From NCBI RefSeq assembly GCF_018977255.1, contig NW_024704743.1:55492001-55556000 (forward strand): 64,000 bases of DNA. Direction: 5' to 3'. This DNA is from Callorhinchus milii (lineage: Eukaryota). Positions 12,870-24,480 of the stretch are shown in pieces (position 1 is the first letter of the stretch; the number at the start of each line of letters is the position of its first letter). Below the pieces are notes generated by a model, which was given only the letters and a program-made list of their open reading frames with translations, did no database searches and had not been told where the DNA came from. Both the position numbers and the translations under genes were made by a program.

Positions 12870-13136
12870 TGAGACTGAAATGGGTAAATTCAGAGCAAAT
12901 CTACGCAAACACTATTTCAGTGTTTGAATAGTGAACCTATGGAACAAGCTCCCTGGGGAGAGGTTGAAGCAGGAAATGTTGATTCCTTCAAACACAGATT
13001 AGATAGTTTTCTTTTAAGAAATAACATTATGGAATATAATACAGAGATAATTTGGGACATTTGTGCATGTGACTGTTGGGAAGGTGGAACACGAACTAGT
13101 TGGACCTTGGTCTTGTTTCGTTTAACATTTCTTATG
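12870..13136 (+). mobile_element. Short CR1-like 3' fragment
   Basis: Resembles CR1 ORF2 end (SFKHRLDSFL) and tail. Confidence 0.55.
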
Positions 13137-13711
13137 CCCCTTCAGAATTTTTATCCAAATTCTGATCAAGTCCACTTACTTCCATGCTATGAAAGGTGCT
13201 ATTTTAATGCAATTTGTTGTTGTCTTTGCAACATTGCCTACTTCTGTCACTACCTCAGCCCATCATGTAGCTAAAGCCCCATCTCTATGCCTTCTGTGTC
13301 ACTTCCAGACTACTTTTCCAACATCCTGCTTTGCCAGTCACTCCAGCCTCACCCTTCACAAGATCTAGACAATGCAGAACTCTAACCTAGTTCCTCTCCT
13401 GGATTAGGCCCTGGGAGCCTACTTCCTTGCCTGGCTCTCTATCCCTCATTGGATCAACTTTACAATTCTTACCTACAAATACCTCCATTGCCTTACTTCA
13501 GTTTATCTCTGAGATTTCCTTTCACCCTATTCCCCTGGCCAGTTCCTCTGTTCTGTCAATTGCAGCCTGCTTTATTCCCCAGTCTACCCCATTATTGGCA
13601 GATGAGCCTTTAGGCAGTTTGCCCCCACTACCTGTAATTCTCTTCTGAAATCCTTCTTCCTTGCTCCTCCCTCCATGCCTTCTAAAGATTTTACTTTTGA
13701 CTGCACCTTCA

Positions 13712-14430
13712 GACAACAATTTGTATTTATATAGCGCCCCACACACAGGGCAGCGCCTCAGAGCGCTTGATAGTGGTGGAGCAGGACTCCAAGCCAGGGA
13801 GGAGGGGGGAGTGACTGTAGGCACGGTCGAATAGGAACCTTTGAAGGAAGGGGCAAGGTGGAGATATAGAGGAAGAGTGTCAGAGTTTTGGGATATAGTG
13901 GCTGAAAGCGCGGTCACCAATGGGGGAACGGAGGGCACAGGGTTGGAGAGGTAGGGAGGTGCCAGGGCCTGAAGGGATTTGAAAACGAGAGTGAGGATCT
14001 TGAAATCAATCTGTTCGGCGATAGGGAGCCAGTGAAGCCTGGCTAGAACTGGTGTGATGGGGGTGTGGAGTTCAGTATGGGTGAGTATGTGGGCGGCGGA
14101 GTTTTGGATCAGCTGGATCCTGGGTATGGTGGAGCTGGAGAGACTGGCGTAGAGGGCATTTGAAAAGTTGAGTCGGGAGGTGAGTGTTTTGGCTGTGTAT
14201 GGGGTAAGGTGCAGTCGGAGGAGTGCATTGTGGCAGAGGCGGAGGAAGGCGCTCCTGGTCAGGGACAGGATGTGGGGAAGGAAGGACACCTATGGGTCGA
14301 ACCTGACCCCTAGGTTGCGCACTAGTTTGGTGAGTCTGAGGGATGGGTCGGGGAAGTTGAGATTAGTGCCACAGGATAGAAGACTTTGACGAGAGCCAAT
14401 GAGTATGGCTTCTGTCTTTTCAACGTTGAG
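13712..14430 (-). mobile_element. L2 3' fragment, older subfamily
   Basis: QNSAAHIL..LHWLPI..IDFKIL in ORF 13522..14289; tail at about 13712. Confidence 0.88.
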
Positions 14431-14793
14431 TTGGAAGTGGCTGAAAGCTCGGTCACCAATGGGGGAACGGTTTAGCACATCCCAACCTTCCTGCCAATCT
14501 CAACTATCTACCTCCCTGCTCTGCTCCCACTCATCTTTGTAAAGCACTTTAAGACAATTAAGGTGTTATGTAAGTGCAAATTGTTAGAGCTAGAAAGAAA
14601 TGGTGAATGTTGGAAATTTTATATGAAACAGTCAGTATTTGCAACGTAAAGCAGGTTGATAAGCATCTGAAAACCTCAGATGAGTTAATGAATTGGGTGA
14701 TGCTTCATCAGAACTGGAATAATTGAAAATGGATTTGGCAACTTCCTGTTGCTTATCCAGTTAGGGCCACTTACCTTTTGGGGCTTGGGTTTT

Positions 14794-16376
14794 CACAAGC
14801 TGCAGATCATCCAAAACCCTGCAGCTCATGTACTCTCACGCACCAGGCTCCGTGACCCCCATCACTCCCACCCTCGCCCGACTCCACTGGCTCCCCATCC
14901 CTCAGAGGATCAAATTAAAAATCCTCATCCTCACTTTCAAGGCCATCCATGGCCTTGCCCCCTCCTACCTCTCTGGCCTGCTGACTCCCTACCAACCTCT
15001 GTTCAGGTCACAGGCCGTGAAGGGCTTTGAAGGTTAGGAAGAAGATTTGGAACTCTTTCCTCTGGGGGATGGGGAGTCACTGGAGCCAGATAGGGGTGAT
15101 AGGGTCACGGAGCCTGGTGTGGGAGAGGACACGAGTTGCAGAATTCTGGATGATCTGCAGTTTGTGGAGGGAAGAGTTTGGAAGGCCGACAAGCAGGGAG
15201 TTGGCGTATTCGAGTGTGGATGAGGGTTTCGGCGGCCTGAGGCAGTGGTGGAGCCGGGCAATGCTGCGCAGGTGGGGGAAGGCAGAGCGGGTCATGGTAC
15301 AGATGTGGGGTAGAAAGGACAGTTGAGGGTCAAACAAGACGCCAAGGTTCCGGACTAGTTCAGTGAGGTGGAGTGTGCAACCATGGATGGTGATGCTGTC
15401 AGTGTCTTTGAATACTGTTGAATACTTTGAATACTGTTGACCTGCCTGGCTCATGCACATCGCTGAAACTACCACAGAGGAAGTGCAGGCTTGAACCATC
15501 GTCAGAGCTATTGCAGGTTCTTGGAATTCTTTGCAAGTCACACAATAAGCAGCAACTTGGCATAAAACACATTAGAGCACTGCCACCATCCTCCTGTTCA
15601 TAGTTTGGACACACGTCCCTCTGCAATGCATGATTGTTCCACCAGGTAGAGTTTTACAGCAGCAGCTGCTACCTCTGTGTACACCAACAAAAGGTAGGCA
15701 CCAAGACCCGTAAAAATGATCAGCTCTCGTTTCTATCACACATCTGTTCCCTGACCAGGACCGCTTTTTCCACCTCCACCGCATTGCCCACCTCCATCCA
15801 TACCACACACACAACTGATGCAGCTGAAACTCTCGTCCACACCTTTGTCACTTCCTGGCTAGACTATTTCAATGCCCTCCTCGCTAGTCTCCCCAGCTCC
15901 ACCATGCACAAAATCCAATGAATTCAAAACTCTGCCACCCGGATACCCACCCGCACAAAACTCTGTACCCCCATCACACCAGTCCTTGCCAGACTCTACT
16001 GGTTCCCAATCATTGAACGGACTGATTTCAAGATCCTCTCACTAGCTTTCAAATCCCTTCATGCCCTCAGACCGCTACATATCCGACCAACTTACTCCCC
16101 AATCCACCACCCGTGGCTGCCGCTCGGCTGGCTCCAGCATCTTGTTTGTCCCTCGTACCCTCCGTTCCACCATCTGTGGTCGTGCCTTCAGCCACTATGC
16201 CCCCGAAACTACGGAACTCACTCAATCCCTCTGCCTTTCTCCCTCCCTCCCCACCTTCAAATCCCACCTCAAGACTTTCCTTTTTGATTGTGCTTACAGT
16301 CACCTTCCAGTCCACCGCTGTAAAGAGCTCCGGGACGCTACCAATGAAGGGAGTATATAAATGTAAATTGTTGTAG
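14794..16376. mobile_element. Cluster of three L2 fragments (14794-15000 +, 15003-15410 -, 15715-16376 +)
   Basis: L2 ORF2 C-terminal peptides in the ORF track on both strands. Confidence 0.85.
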
Positions 16377-16844
16377 CTTATCAGCAGGACTTGGGGAAAA
16401 TCCAAACCAAACAGAGCTCCACGATTCCCACCTATACATGGAAATTCCCCAAAATATTTATTGGAATGGAATGCACATTCTTTCTCTGGAGGGAAGCATC
16501 CTGCTTAACTAATTCCGGAAAGTATTGGCACAGATTAGCAAGAGCCAAGACTTGGGATTGTTACCCTGTGTGATGAGCGCTATATAAATACCAGTTGTTA
16601 TTGGGGACCCCAAGAAACATAGACATTTAGACCAGAAAGATGGGGTCATTCAGAACGTCGAGCCTGTGTCTGCTCTCTAAAATCAAGATTCTTGTCAAAT
16701 TGCACAAACTGTAGGTTTTGCAAGCCTAATCCATATGCACATATTTCATGCTATCCATGTAATAAACCTGTGCATTGATTTTTCACAAAAATGTTTTAAG
16801 TTCTAAGTATTTTGTTTTAAATATTTTTGTTTTATTCTTCGTAG

Positions 16845-16909
16845 GGAATGTTCAGGAAGCTGGAAGGTTGTTGGGTAGCACAAATGTCCGTGTCAACTGT
16901 CTGGATCAG
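16845..16909 (+). CDS. ANKMY2: ANKMY2 exon 2 (GNVQEAGRLLGSTNVRVNCLDQ)
   Basis: T-rich tract ending ttcgtag; donor CAG|gtgaga; 65 nt restores the frame. Confidence 0.95.
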
Positions 16910-17544
16910 GTGAGATTAAACATAATAAGCATTATTGAGGATTTGTTTACAGATTGCTGAATGATTTTGGATTTTTGAGGAAATCATTTTCTGTTTTTAA
17001 GTTTGCCCTGAAATGTGACCTTCAGAAACGACCTTTATCCTGAAATACACCAAACGGCACCATTTAAGAATATATTGATTTTTATTCCTGGAAAGTGTTT
17101 TTACCTGGTGTGACACTGTTGGTTTTTCATAATTCGGTGTCACTGAAATGAAGAGAAGAGGCAGAAAATAACCTTTATTAACATCTACTTGAGCCAATGT
17201 TTTATCAAGACTTGACTGCTTCTTTTAGCTATTAGGTCACTACAGCAACAACAACCTGCACCTATATAGCACCCTCCACACAGGGTAGCGTCTTAGAGCG
17301 CTTAACAGTGGCGGAGCCTGATGCCAAGCTGAACGTGGGGGAGTTGACCGCAAGCACAGCTGAAGAGGAAGATTTTCAGGCAGGACTTGAAAAAGGGGAG
17401 AGGAGGCAAGATGGAGAGATTGAGCGAGAGTGTTCCAGAGTTTTGGGGCGTAGTGGCTGAAAGCGCAACCTCCAGTGGTAGAGTGAAGGGTGCGAGGGAC
17501 AAAGAAGTCAGTACTAATATACTGACTGGATCACCACGATGATG

Positions 17545-18590
17545 CTTGCATAATGCCTTTATGTCAGAGGATGCCTCAAAGTGTTTAGCAAGATTAATTG
17601 CGAAGTGTAGTGCGATGAATGTGGCAGTCAATTTGAGCACAGCAATGTCCCACAAGCAGCCGTGAAGTGAATGACCAACTTTTCATTTAATTTTGAGAGA
17701 TTGTTGATCATGTCATGGAACTTGATATTTTATACCTAATGTTTCAGTGGTTAGTCAGGGCTTTTCAAGTCGGGAGGACAAAACCAATATCCCATTTATA
17801 TTAACAAATCTAAAATATGCATTTCTCAAAATAAATTTAAACTATTTACTTAACACAAGCATATATTTTAACAACATCCCAAAGCCTAAAATTAAGTCAG
17901 AGTCGTAATACATAAAATGCTGGCACATACGCTTAAAGCAGAGCAGCAAGCTGACCTACTTCTTGTTAATAGTACTTCCAAGGTGCAACCCTCTTGCCTG
18001 CTCAAACACCTAGTGTTTTGTCCCCTTGTGTGTGTACTCTCACACACACAAAATACACATTCTTACAGACAATGAGTTTTCATGTAAATTAGGTCCCCTT
18101 CAAACAACTACATCCTTTAACTGAGACATCGTGACAGTTCCTGCACTCTGGATGCTGCCCTGAGTGAGGGATGATATATGAATGTAAGTTGTTGTTACCT
18201 GTGGGGTGTAAATGACCAAAACAATACCATGCAAACACAAAGGCAACGTTCCAACAGACATTGAAATGAGTATTCTCCATTCAAATGAGTATTCAATTGA
18301 GTTTGCAAGTTCCCTGCCCATGACGTCACCACTGCCACAGTCAGGACATTGGGAGAAATTCCCTTCTCTTTTTGAATAGTGCCATGGGATCGTTTAATGT
18401 CCACTTGAATCGGCAGGCATCTTGTTTAGCATGTCACTCGAAGGATGGCACCTCCAGCAAGGCAGTACTCTCCCCACCCCCCACCCCAACACTATCATAA
18501 AAACAGCCTGGATTATGAATTCACCAATTACAGCGCTCAAATTCACAATCTAGACTCAGAGGCAAGAGTGCTACCAAATGAGCCTGGCCG
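17545..18590 (-). mobile_element. Deu-domain SINE split by a solo LTR
   Basis: ...gattgttgatca (17710) continues as ggacattgggagaaattccc (18344). Confidence 0.75.
17711..18339. mobile_element. Solo LTR (Gypsy/ERV-like), 629 bp
   Basis: TGT...ACA termini; 4-bp flanks ATCA/GTCA; cleanly interrupts a SINE. Confidence 0.65.
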
Positions 18591-19045
18591 TCACGCTGGC
18601 TTTCTGCCGTTGAACAACCATCACGCCCCACTCCCTTACAACTGTCCTTTGTCACCAAAACTTCTACACCTCTGGCACTCTGACAATCTTGCCTCATCGT
18701 GCCATCTTGTGGGGATGATGTGCAGCTAGTCTTCCAGGTATGACAACCACCTCCTCTTGCTAAAATCTCAGGCCTGTGCTGCTGATTATACGTGGCTCAA
18801 AACCAGCCCCCTGGTCCATTGCCAGTTCTGGATGCAGTGCACCAAAGCCTTAAGAATTTCTCCCAGTATCCTGGTCATAAATAAGCTTAATAAACATTTA
18901 CTAAAATACATAAATAGATCAGTTTACATGAAAATAATTAAGGAAAACGATTATGCCATTTGTTACAGGAAGAAAAAGAGGGCACAACATTGGAGATATA
19001 TACGGATTTGTTAAAAGGGGTATCAGAAGTGTGCTGAGAAGCGTA

Positions 19046-21052
19046 CAACAACAACAACAAGATTCCATTTATAGAGCGCCTTTCACGTCAGGAGGACGTC
19101 CCAAGGCGCTGCACAGTTGGGTCATGACCCGAGCAGGGGGGAAATGGTCAGGGTGAGGGGAGGGAAGGGAGGGAGAGAGGAGGGGGGAAATGGTCAGGGT
19201 GAGGGGAGGGAAGGGAGGGAGCGAGGAGGAGGAAGAGAGTCGAGAGGGGAGCTGAAGGCACGGTCAAAGAGAAAGGTTTTGAGACCGGCCTTGAAGGAGG
19301 AAAGGGAGGAAGCAAGGCGAAGGCACTGGGGGATGGAGTTCCAGAGCCTGGGGCTGAGAGGCTGAAGGCCCGACCACCGATAGTAGGGCGGTTGGGGCGG
19401 GGGACGTGGAGCAGACCGGAGCCAGAGGAACGGAGGGTACGGGCAGGTAGGTAGGGGGATAGTAGGTTGGAGAGGTAGGAGGGAGCAAGGCCGTGAATGG
19501 CCTTGTAGGTGAGGATGAGGATCTTGAAATCAATCCTCTGGGGGATGGGGAGCCAGTGGAGGCGAGCGAGGGTGGGAGTGATGTGGTCCCGAAGCCTGGT
19601 GCGGGACAGTACACGAGCTGCAGAGTTCTGAATGACCTGCAGCTTGTGGAGGGAGGTGGCGGGAAGGCCGGCGAGGAGAGAGTTCCCATAGTCCAGCCTT
19701 GAGGTGACAAAGGCGTGAACCAGGGTTTCAGCAGCGTGAGGGGTGAGGTAGTGCCGTAATCTGGCGATATTCCGGAGGTGATGGAAGGCGGTGCCAGTTG
19801 TGGTGCGGATGTGAGGGAGAAAGGACAGCTCAGGGTCGAACAAAACGCCGAGGTTCCTGACTGGCTTTGAGAGGTGGAGAGTGCAGCCTTGGATGCTGAT
19901 GGTGTCAGCGCCTGAGGTGCGGAGGCGCTGACGTGAGCCAATCAGGAGGGCCTCGGTTTTTCGCACGTTGAGCTGAAGAAAGTTGTCTCTCGTCCAGGAC
20001 TCGATGTCGGACAGGCAGGCTGTCAGGACATCGGTGGTCGTGGAGTTGAGAGTAGAGGAGGAAAGGTAGAGTTGGGTGTCATCCGCATACATGTGGAAGT
20101 TAACCCCATGTTTGCGGATGATGTCACCAAGGGGGAGCATATAGAGGGTGAAGAGGAGGGGACCGAGGACAGAGCCCTGAGGGACACCACATGAGACAGT
20201 ACGGGGGGTGGAGGAGAAGCCATTCGTTGAGACGAAGTGAAGACGGTGGGAAAGGTAAGAGCTAAACCATTCAAGGACAGTGCCTTGAAGGTTGAGGTGG
20301 GAGGACAAGCGGTGGAGTAGGATAGCGTGGTCGACCGTATCGAATGCTGCCGATAGGTCGAGGAGGACGAGGAGACAGAGGGAGCCCTGGTCACAGATGG
20401 TCAGGATATCATTGGTGACCTTGACCAGGGCAGTTTCTGTGCTATGGGCAGCACGGAAACCTGACTGAAGGGGTTCAAAAAGAGAATGGGTGGAGAGGAA
20501 AGAGCGCAGTTGGGAGGCGACAACTCTTTCCAAGACCTTGGAGAGAAAGGGGAGGTTGGAGATGGGCCGGTAGCTTGATAGCTGCGACGCATCAAGGGAG
20601 GGTTTTTTCAGGGTGGGCGTGATGATGGCAGTTTTTAATGGAATGGGGACAGAGCCAGAGGAGAGGGACAGGTTTATGATGTCAGTGATGTGTGGGGCAA
20701 GAAAATGGAGCTGGGAGATAAGGAGTGGAGTGGGGATGGGGTCAAGGGAGCAGGTGGTTGGTTTTAGGGATAGGATGAGTTCAGTGACAGAGGGTGGGGA
20801 AACGGGTACGAAGGTGTGTAGGGGAGGATGGGTAGGAGTCGGAGTGTGGGAGGGAAGGGGTGGGTGGTGGGTGGAAGTTGGAGGGGAAGTGACCGCGGAG
20901 CGGATTCCCTTGATCTTGGATTCAAGGAAATCCAGCATCTCCTCGCAGTGAAGGTTGGAGGAGATGACCTGCGCGGGGTGGCGGGGGGGACGGAGGAGTC
21001 GGGATGTGGTGGAAAACAGTAGCCTGGGGTTGTTCTTCGCCTCCAGGATTAT
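19046..21052 (-). mobile_element. L2-clade LINE, young subfamily A, 5'-truncated, about 2 kb, RT domain uninterrupted
   Basis: 641-aa ORF with [42 protein letters not shown] and YADD; L2-type C-terminus LHWLPI..RI.FKI; 3' hairpin and (TTG)n tail; no endonuclease domain. Confidence 0.95.
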
Positions 21053-21719
21053 CCATACTGCAGAAATGGCCAAAGTTACTAAGCATAAGAGTAGAGAGGA
21101 AGTTGGTATTCAAAGATAAATAGCAGTGAAGTTCAAGAAGATAAATTGTTGATGTGTTGAAATATGAATATTTAATTCTAGGAATATTTTGAAGGCATTC
21201 ATTTCTTAAACGCTCAATATCCCAGGAGAATATTGATGTTGGTGTAATACTGGAGCTTGTTAAACTAGGTGGATACCTAGAATTATCAAATTATCAAATC
21301 TCTGAGGTCATATGGTCTATGATCTAGGATGCTGAATAAGGCTGTAAAGGAAATGCATAGTGTCTTTCCTCTGGGTCAGAAAATTTAGGGTTTACGCCTC
21401 GCTTCCAGGTTTTGACTAGATAGTTACAGACTGACAATCCAGTACAGTTTTGGAAGATTACATTGTCATAAACAGTCATGAAGTGAATGACCAGAACACT
21501 GGGAGAAACTCCCTTTTCTTCAACTAGTACAATCTACATGTACTACCTACAAATATAGTAATTTTATTTCACAGTAAATTCTGTGAAGCACTTTGAGACG
21601 TCCTTCCAACATGATACGGTGCTATAAAATGCGAGGAATATTATTATTATCTGATGGGTCCTGGAACGATTCTTCGCATCCCAGCTCCGCTCCTTTCTCT
21701 CTCGCCATTCCCTCTTTGA

Positions 21720-22970
21720 ACCCCTCCCACAGCACGGAAACAGCTCTGGTCAAAGTCACTAATGACATTCTGAACATCTGTGATCAGGGCTCCCTCTGCC
21801 TCCTTGTCCTCCTCGACCTCTCTGCCACCTTCGACTCTGTCAACCACTCCATCCTCATACACTGCCTCTCCACTTTACGTAAACTTCTTGGACCTGCCCT
21901 TGCCTGGTTCGATTCCTATCTCTCTCACTGTCTCCACTTCACTGCCTCTAACCGTTTCTCCTCCAGCCCCCGCACTCTCACGTCTGGCGTCCCCCAGGGC
22001 TCTGTCCTTGGCCCTCTCCTCTTTAATATCTACATGCTCCCCTTTGGTGACATCATCCGCAGACATGGGGTCAACTTCCATATGTATGCGGATGACACCC
22101 AACTCTATCTTTCTGCCTCCACCCTCAACTCCAGGACCACTGCTGTCCTGACAGACTGCCTGTCAGACATCAAGTCCTGGATGAGGGCAAATTTCCTACA
22201 GTTGAATGTGAACAAGACTGAGGCCCTCCTGATTGGCTCACACCAGCGCCTCAGCACCTCAGGCTCTGGCAGCATCAACCTCCATGGTTGCACACTTCAA
22301 CTCACCAAACCAGTCAGGAACCTACATGTCTTGTTCGACCCTCACCTCCGTAACATCGCCCGACTCCGCCACTACCTCAGCCCTCAGGCCGCTGAAACTC
22401 TTGTTCACGCCTTCATCACCTCCCGGCTCGACTATGCAAATGCCCTGCTTGTCAGCCTTCCCAACTCCTCCTCCACAGGCTGCAGATAATCCAGAACTCT
22501 GCAGCCCGTGTCCTCTCCCGCACCAAACTCTGACCCCATCTCCCCCATTCTCGCCCGACTCCATTGGTTCCCTATCCTTCAGAGGATCCAGTTCAAGATC
22601 CTGGTTCTCACATACAAAGCCCTCCATGGCCTCGCCCCACCCTACCTCTGCAACCTCCTAACCCCCTACCAACCCACCCATTCCCTCCGCTCAGCCGGCT
22701 CTGGCCTGCTCCACGTCCCCCAACCCACCCCCCCCACCACCGCCCCTGGAATTCCATCCCCCAGTCACTCCGCCTCGCCCCCTCCTTAGCCTCCTTCAAA
22801 TCCCGCCTCAAGACCCTCCTCTTCGACCATGCCATCGGCCACCCCCCTTCCCCTCCCCTCCTTTACCCCCCCAACCCCAGCTCGGATCTGAAGTGCTATG
22901 CTCTGTCCAGCACCTTGGGGCGTCCTCCCAACGTGAAAGGCGCTATACAAATGTAATCTTGTTGTTGTTG
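21720..22970 (+). mobile_element. L2 subfamily B fragment with partial RT
   Basis: [20 protein letters not shown] and YADD; frameshifts; hairpin and (TTG)n tail. Confidence 0.93.
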
Positions 22971-23799
22971 GGTGGCACCTCTGACAACGCAGTTGCTCCT
23001 CTGCCACTGCATTGGAGCATGGGTCTGTGATTATAAATCAGCCGAGACTTAGACATAATCACAAATTTCAGATACATAATTGAGAATAAAATTTGTCATT
23101 CACTTCATGGCAATTTGTGGGACATTGCTGTGTGCAAATTAGCTGCCTCATTCATGTACACATTGCACAGTCACTACTCTACAGTCCTGTGATGCACTTT
23201 CCTCCTGACTTGAAAGGCGCTATATAAACTGTAAAGATTAATATCATAATGCTACAATATAATGTATACTTATATTGTATTACTCTAACTTTGAAAACAA
23301 ATTTGCCAGAGTTCCACATGAATGACATCTAATTAGTCTCTGGAATTCAGAGTAGAGCTTGGGTCTTGATAAGAAGCTGTTTAAAAATAGAAAACGAAGC
23401 ACACATGATAGGTTGGGAAAGTGTTGAGTGAAGTCCCATAAGTATCATTACGTGGACTCTTATTGTTTCTGATCCACATAAATGACCTGGTTACTCAAAC
23501 CAACTCTTAAGCCTGCTAATTTTTATACAGAGGGGCAACAGAAGCCTGAGGATGCAGCAATATGATTTAGAATCGTTTGACAATTGGAATTTTTTTGTGT
23601 CAACTGAGTGTCTGACACATGCGGAAACCTATCACCAACCGGCACTGTTCGGAAAGATTAGGGAGTTTCTCCTAGTATTCCGGCTGACAATCGCCCAAAA
23701 ATAAAATCGGTCATTCACTTCATGGCTCTTTGTGGGACATTGCTGTGTGTAAATTCGCTGCTGCATTTTTCTACCAAGTACACATGGTTACACGACTTC

Positions 23800-24480
23800 A
23801 CATTATTTCACTATTCATGGATGCACTCTTCACCTCACCGAGCCAGTACGGAACCTGAGTGTCTTGTTCGACCGACAACTGCTTTTAAACCCCATATCCA
23901 TGCCATGAGCCATTCTTCGTTCCCTCACCAATGCCCACCTCTGCCACGACTTCTCCCCTCTGGATGCCGAGACTCTTGTTCATGTTTTGGTCAGATCCAG
24001 GCTTGACTATGCCAACTCCCTTCTCGCCGGACTTCCCAACTCTTCCCTCCACAAACTGCAGATTATTCAGAACTATGCAGCTTGTGTCCTCTCCCGCACT
24101 AAACTCCTTGAGCCGATATCAGCATCCTCACCCAGCTTCATTGACTCCCCATCCCCCAGAGGATAACATTTTTAAATATTTGACCTCACCTTTGAAGCCC
24201 TCCACAGTCTTGCTCCGCCCTACCTATGTGACCTCCTAAAATCCTACCAACCTGTCCACTCCCTCCGCTCGCCGGGTACTGCTTCACATCCCCCCCCTTG
24301 CCTGCTCCACCATCGTAGATCAGGCCTTTAGCCTTTCTGCACCCACTCTCTGTAACTCCATCCCGGAGCCCCTTCAACTTGACCCCTCTCTTGCTTCATT
24401 CAAGGCGCATCTCATTGATGCCTCATTCAGGCAACACTACCACCACCCTTGCTCTCCATCCCTCTTGACTCCTTGTGCTT
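23800..24480 (+). mobile_element. Degenerate L2 3' fragment
   Basis: Nucleotide similarity to the other L2 copies. Confidence 0.8.

Noticed and set aside
19148..21073. 641-aa RT ORF as a domesticated gene or novel RT system
   Set aside because: It is a 5'-truncated L2. The start codon comes from flanking sequence, there is a C-terminal frameshift, and sister copies occur in the window.
18890..21365. Purine-rich flanks of the 2-kb L2 resembling an old CR1 ORF2 split by the insertion
   Set aside because: The similarity is too degraded to support by eye; it needs RepeatMasker or tblastn.
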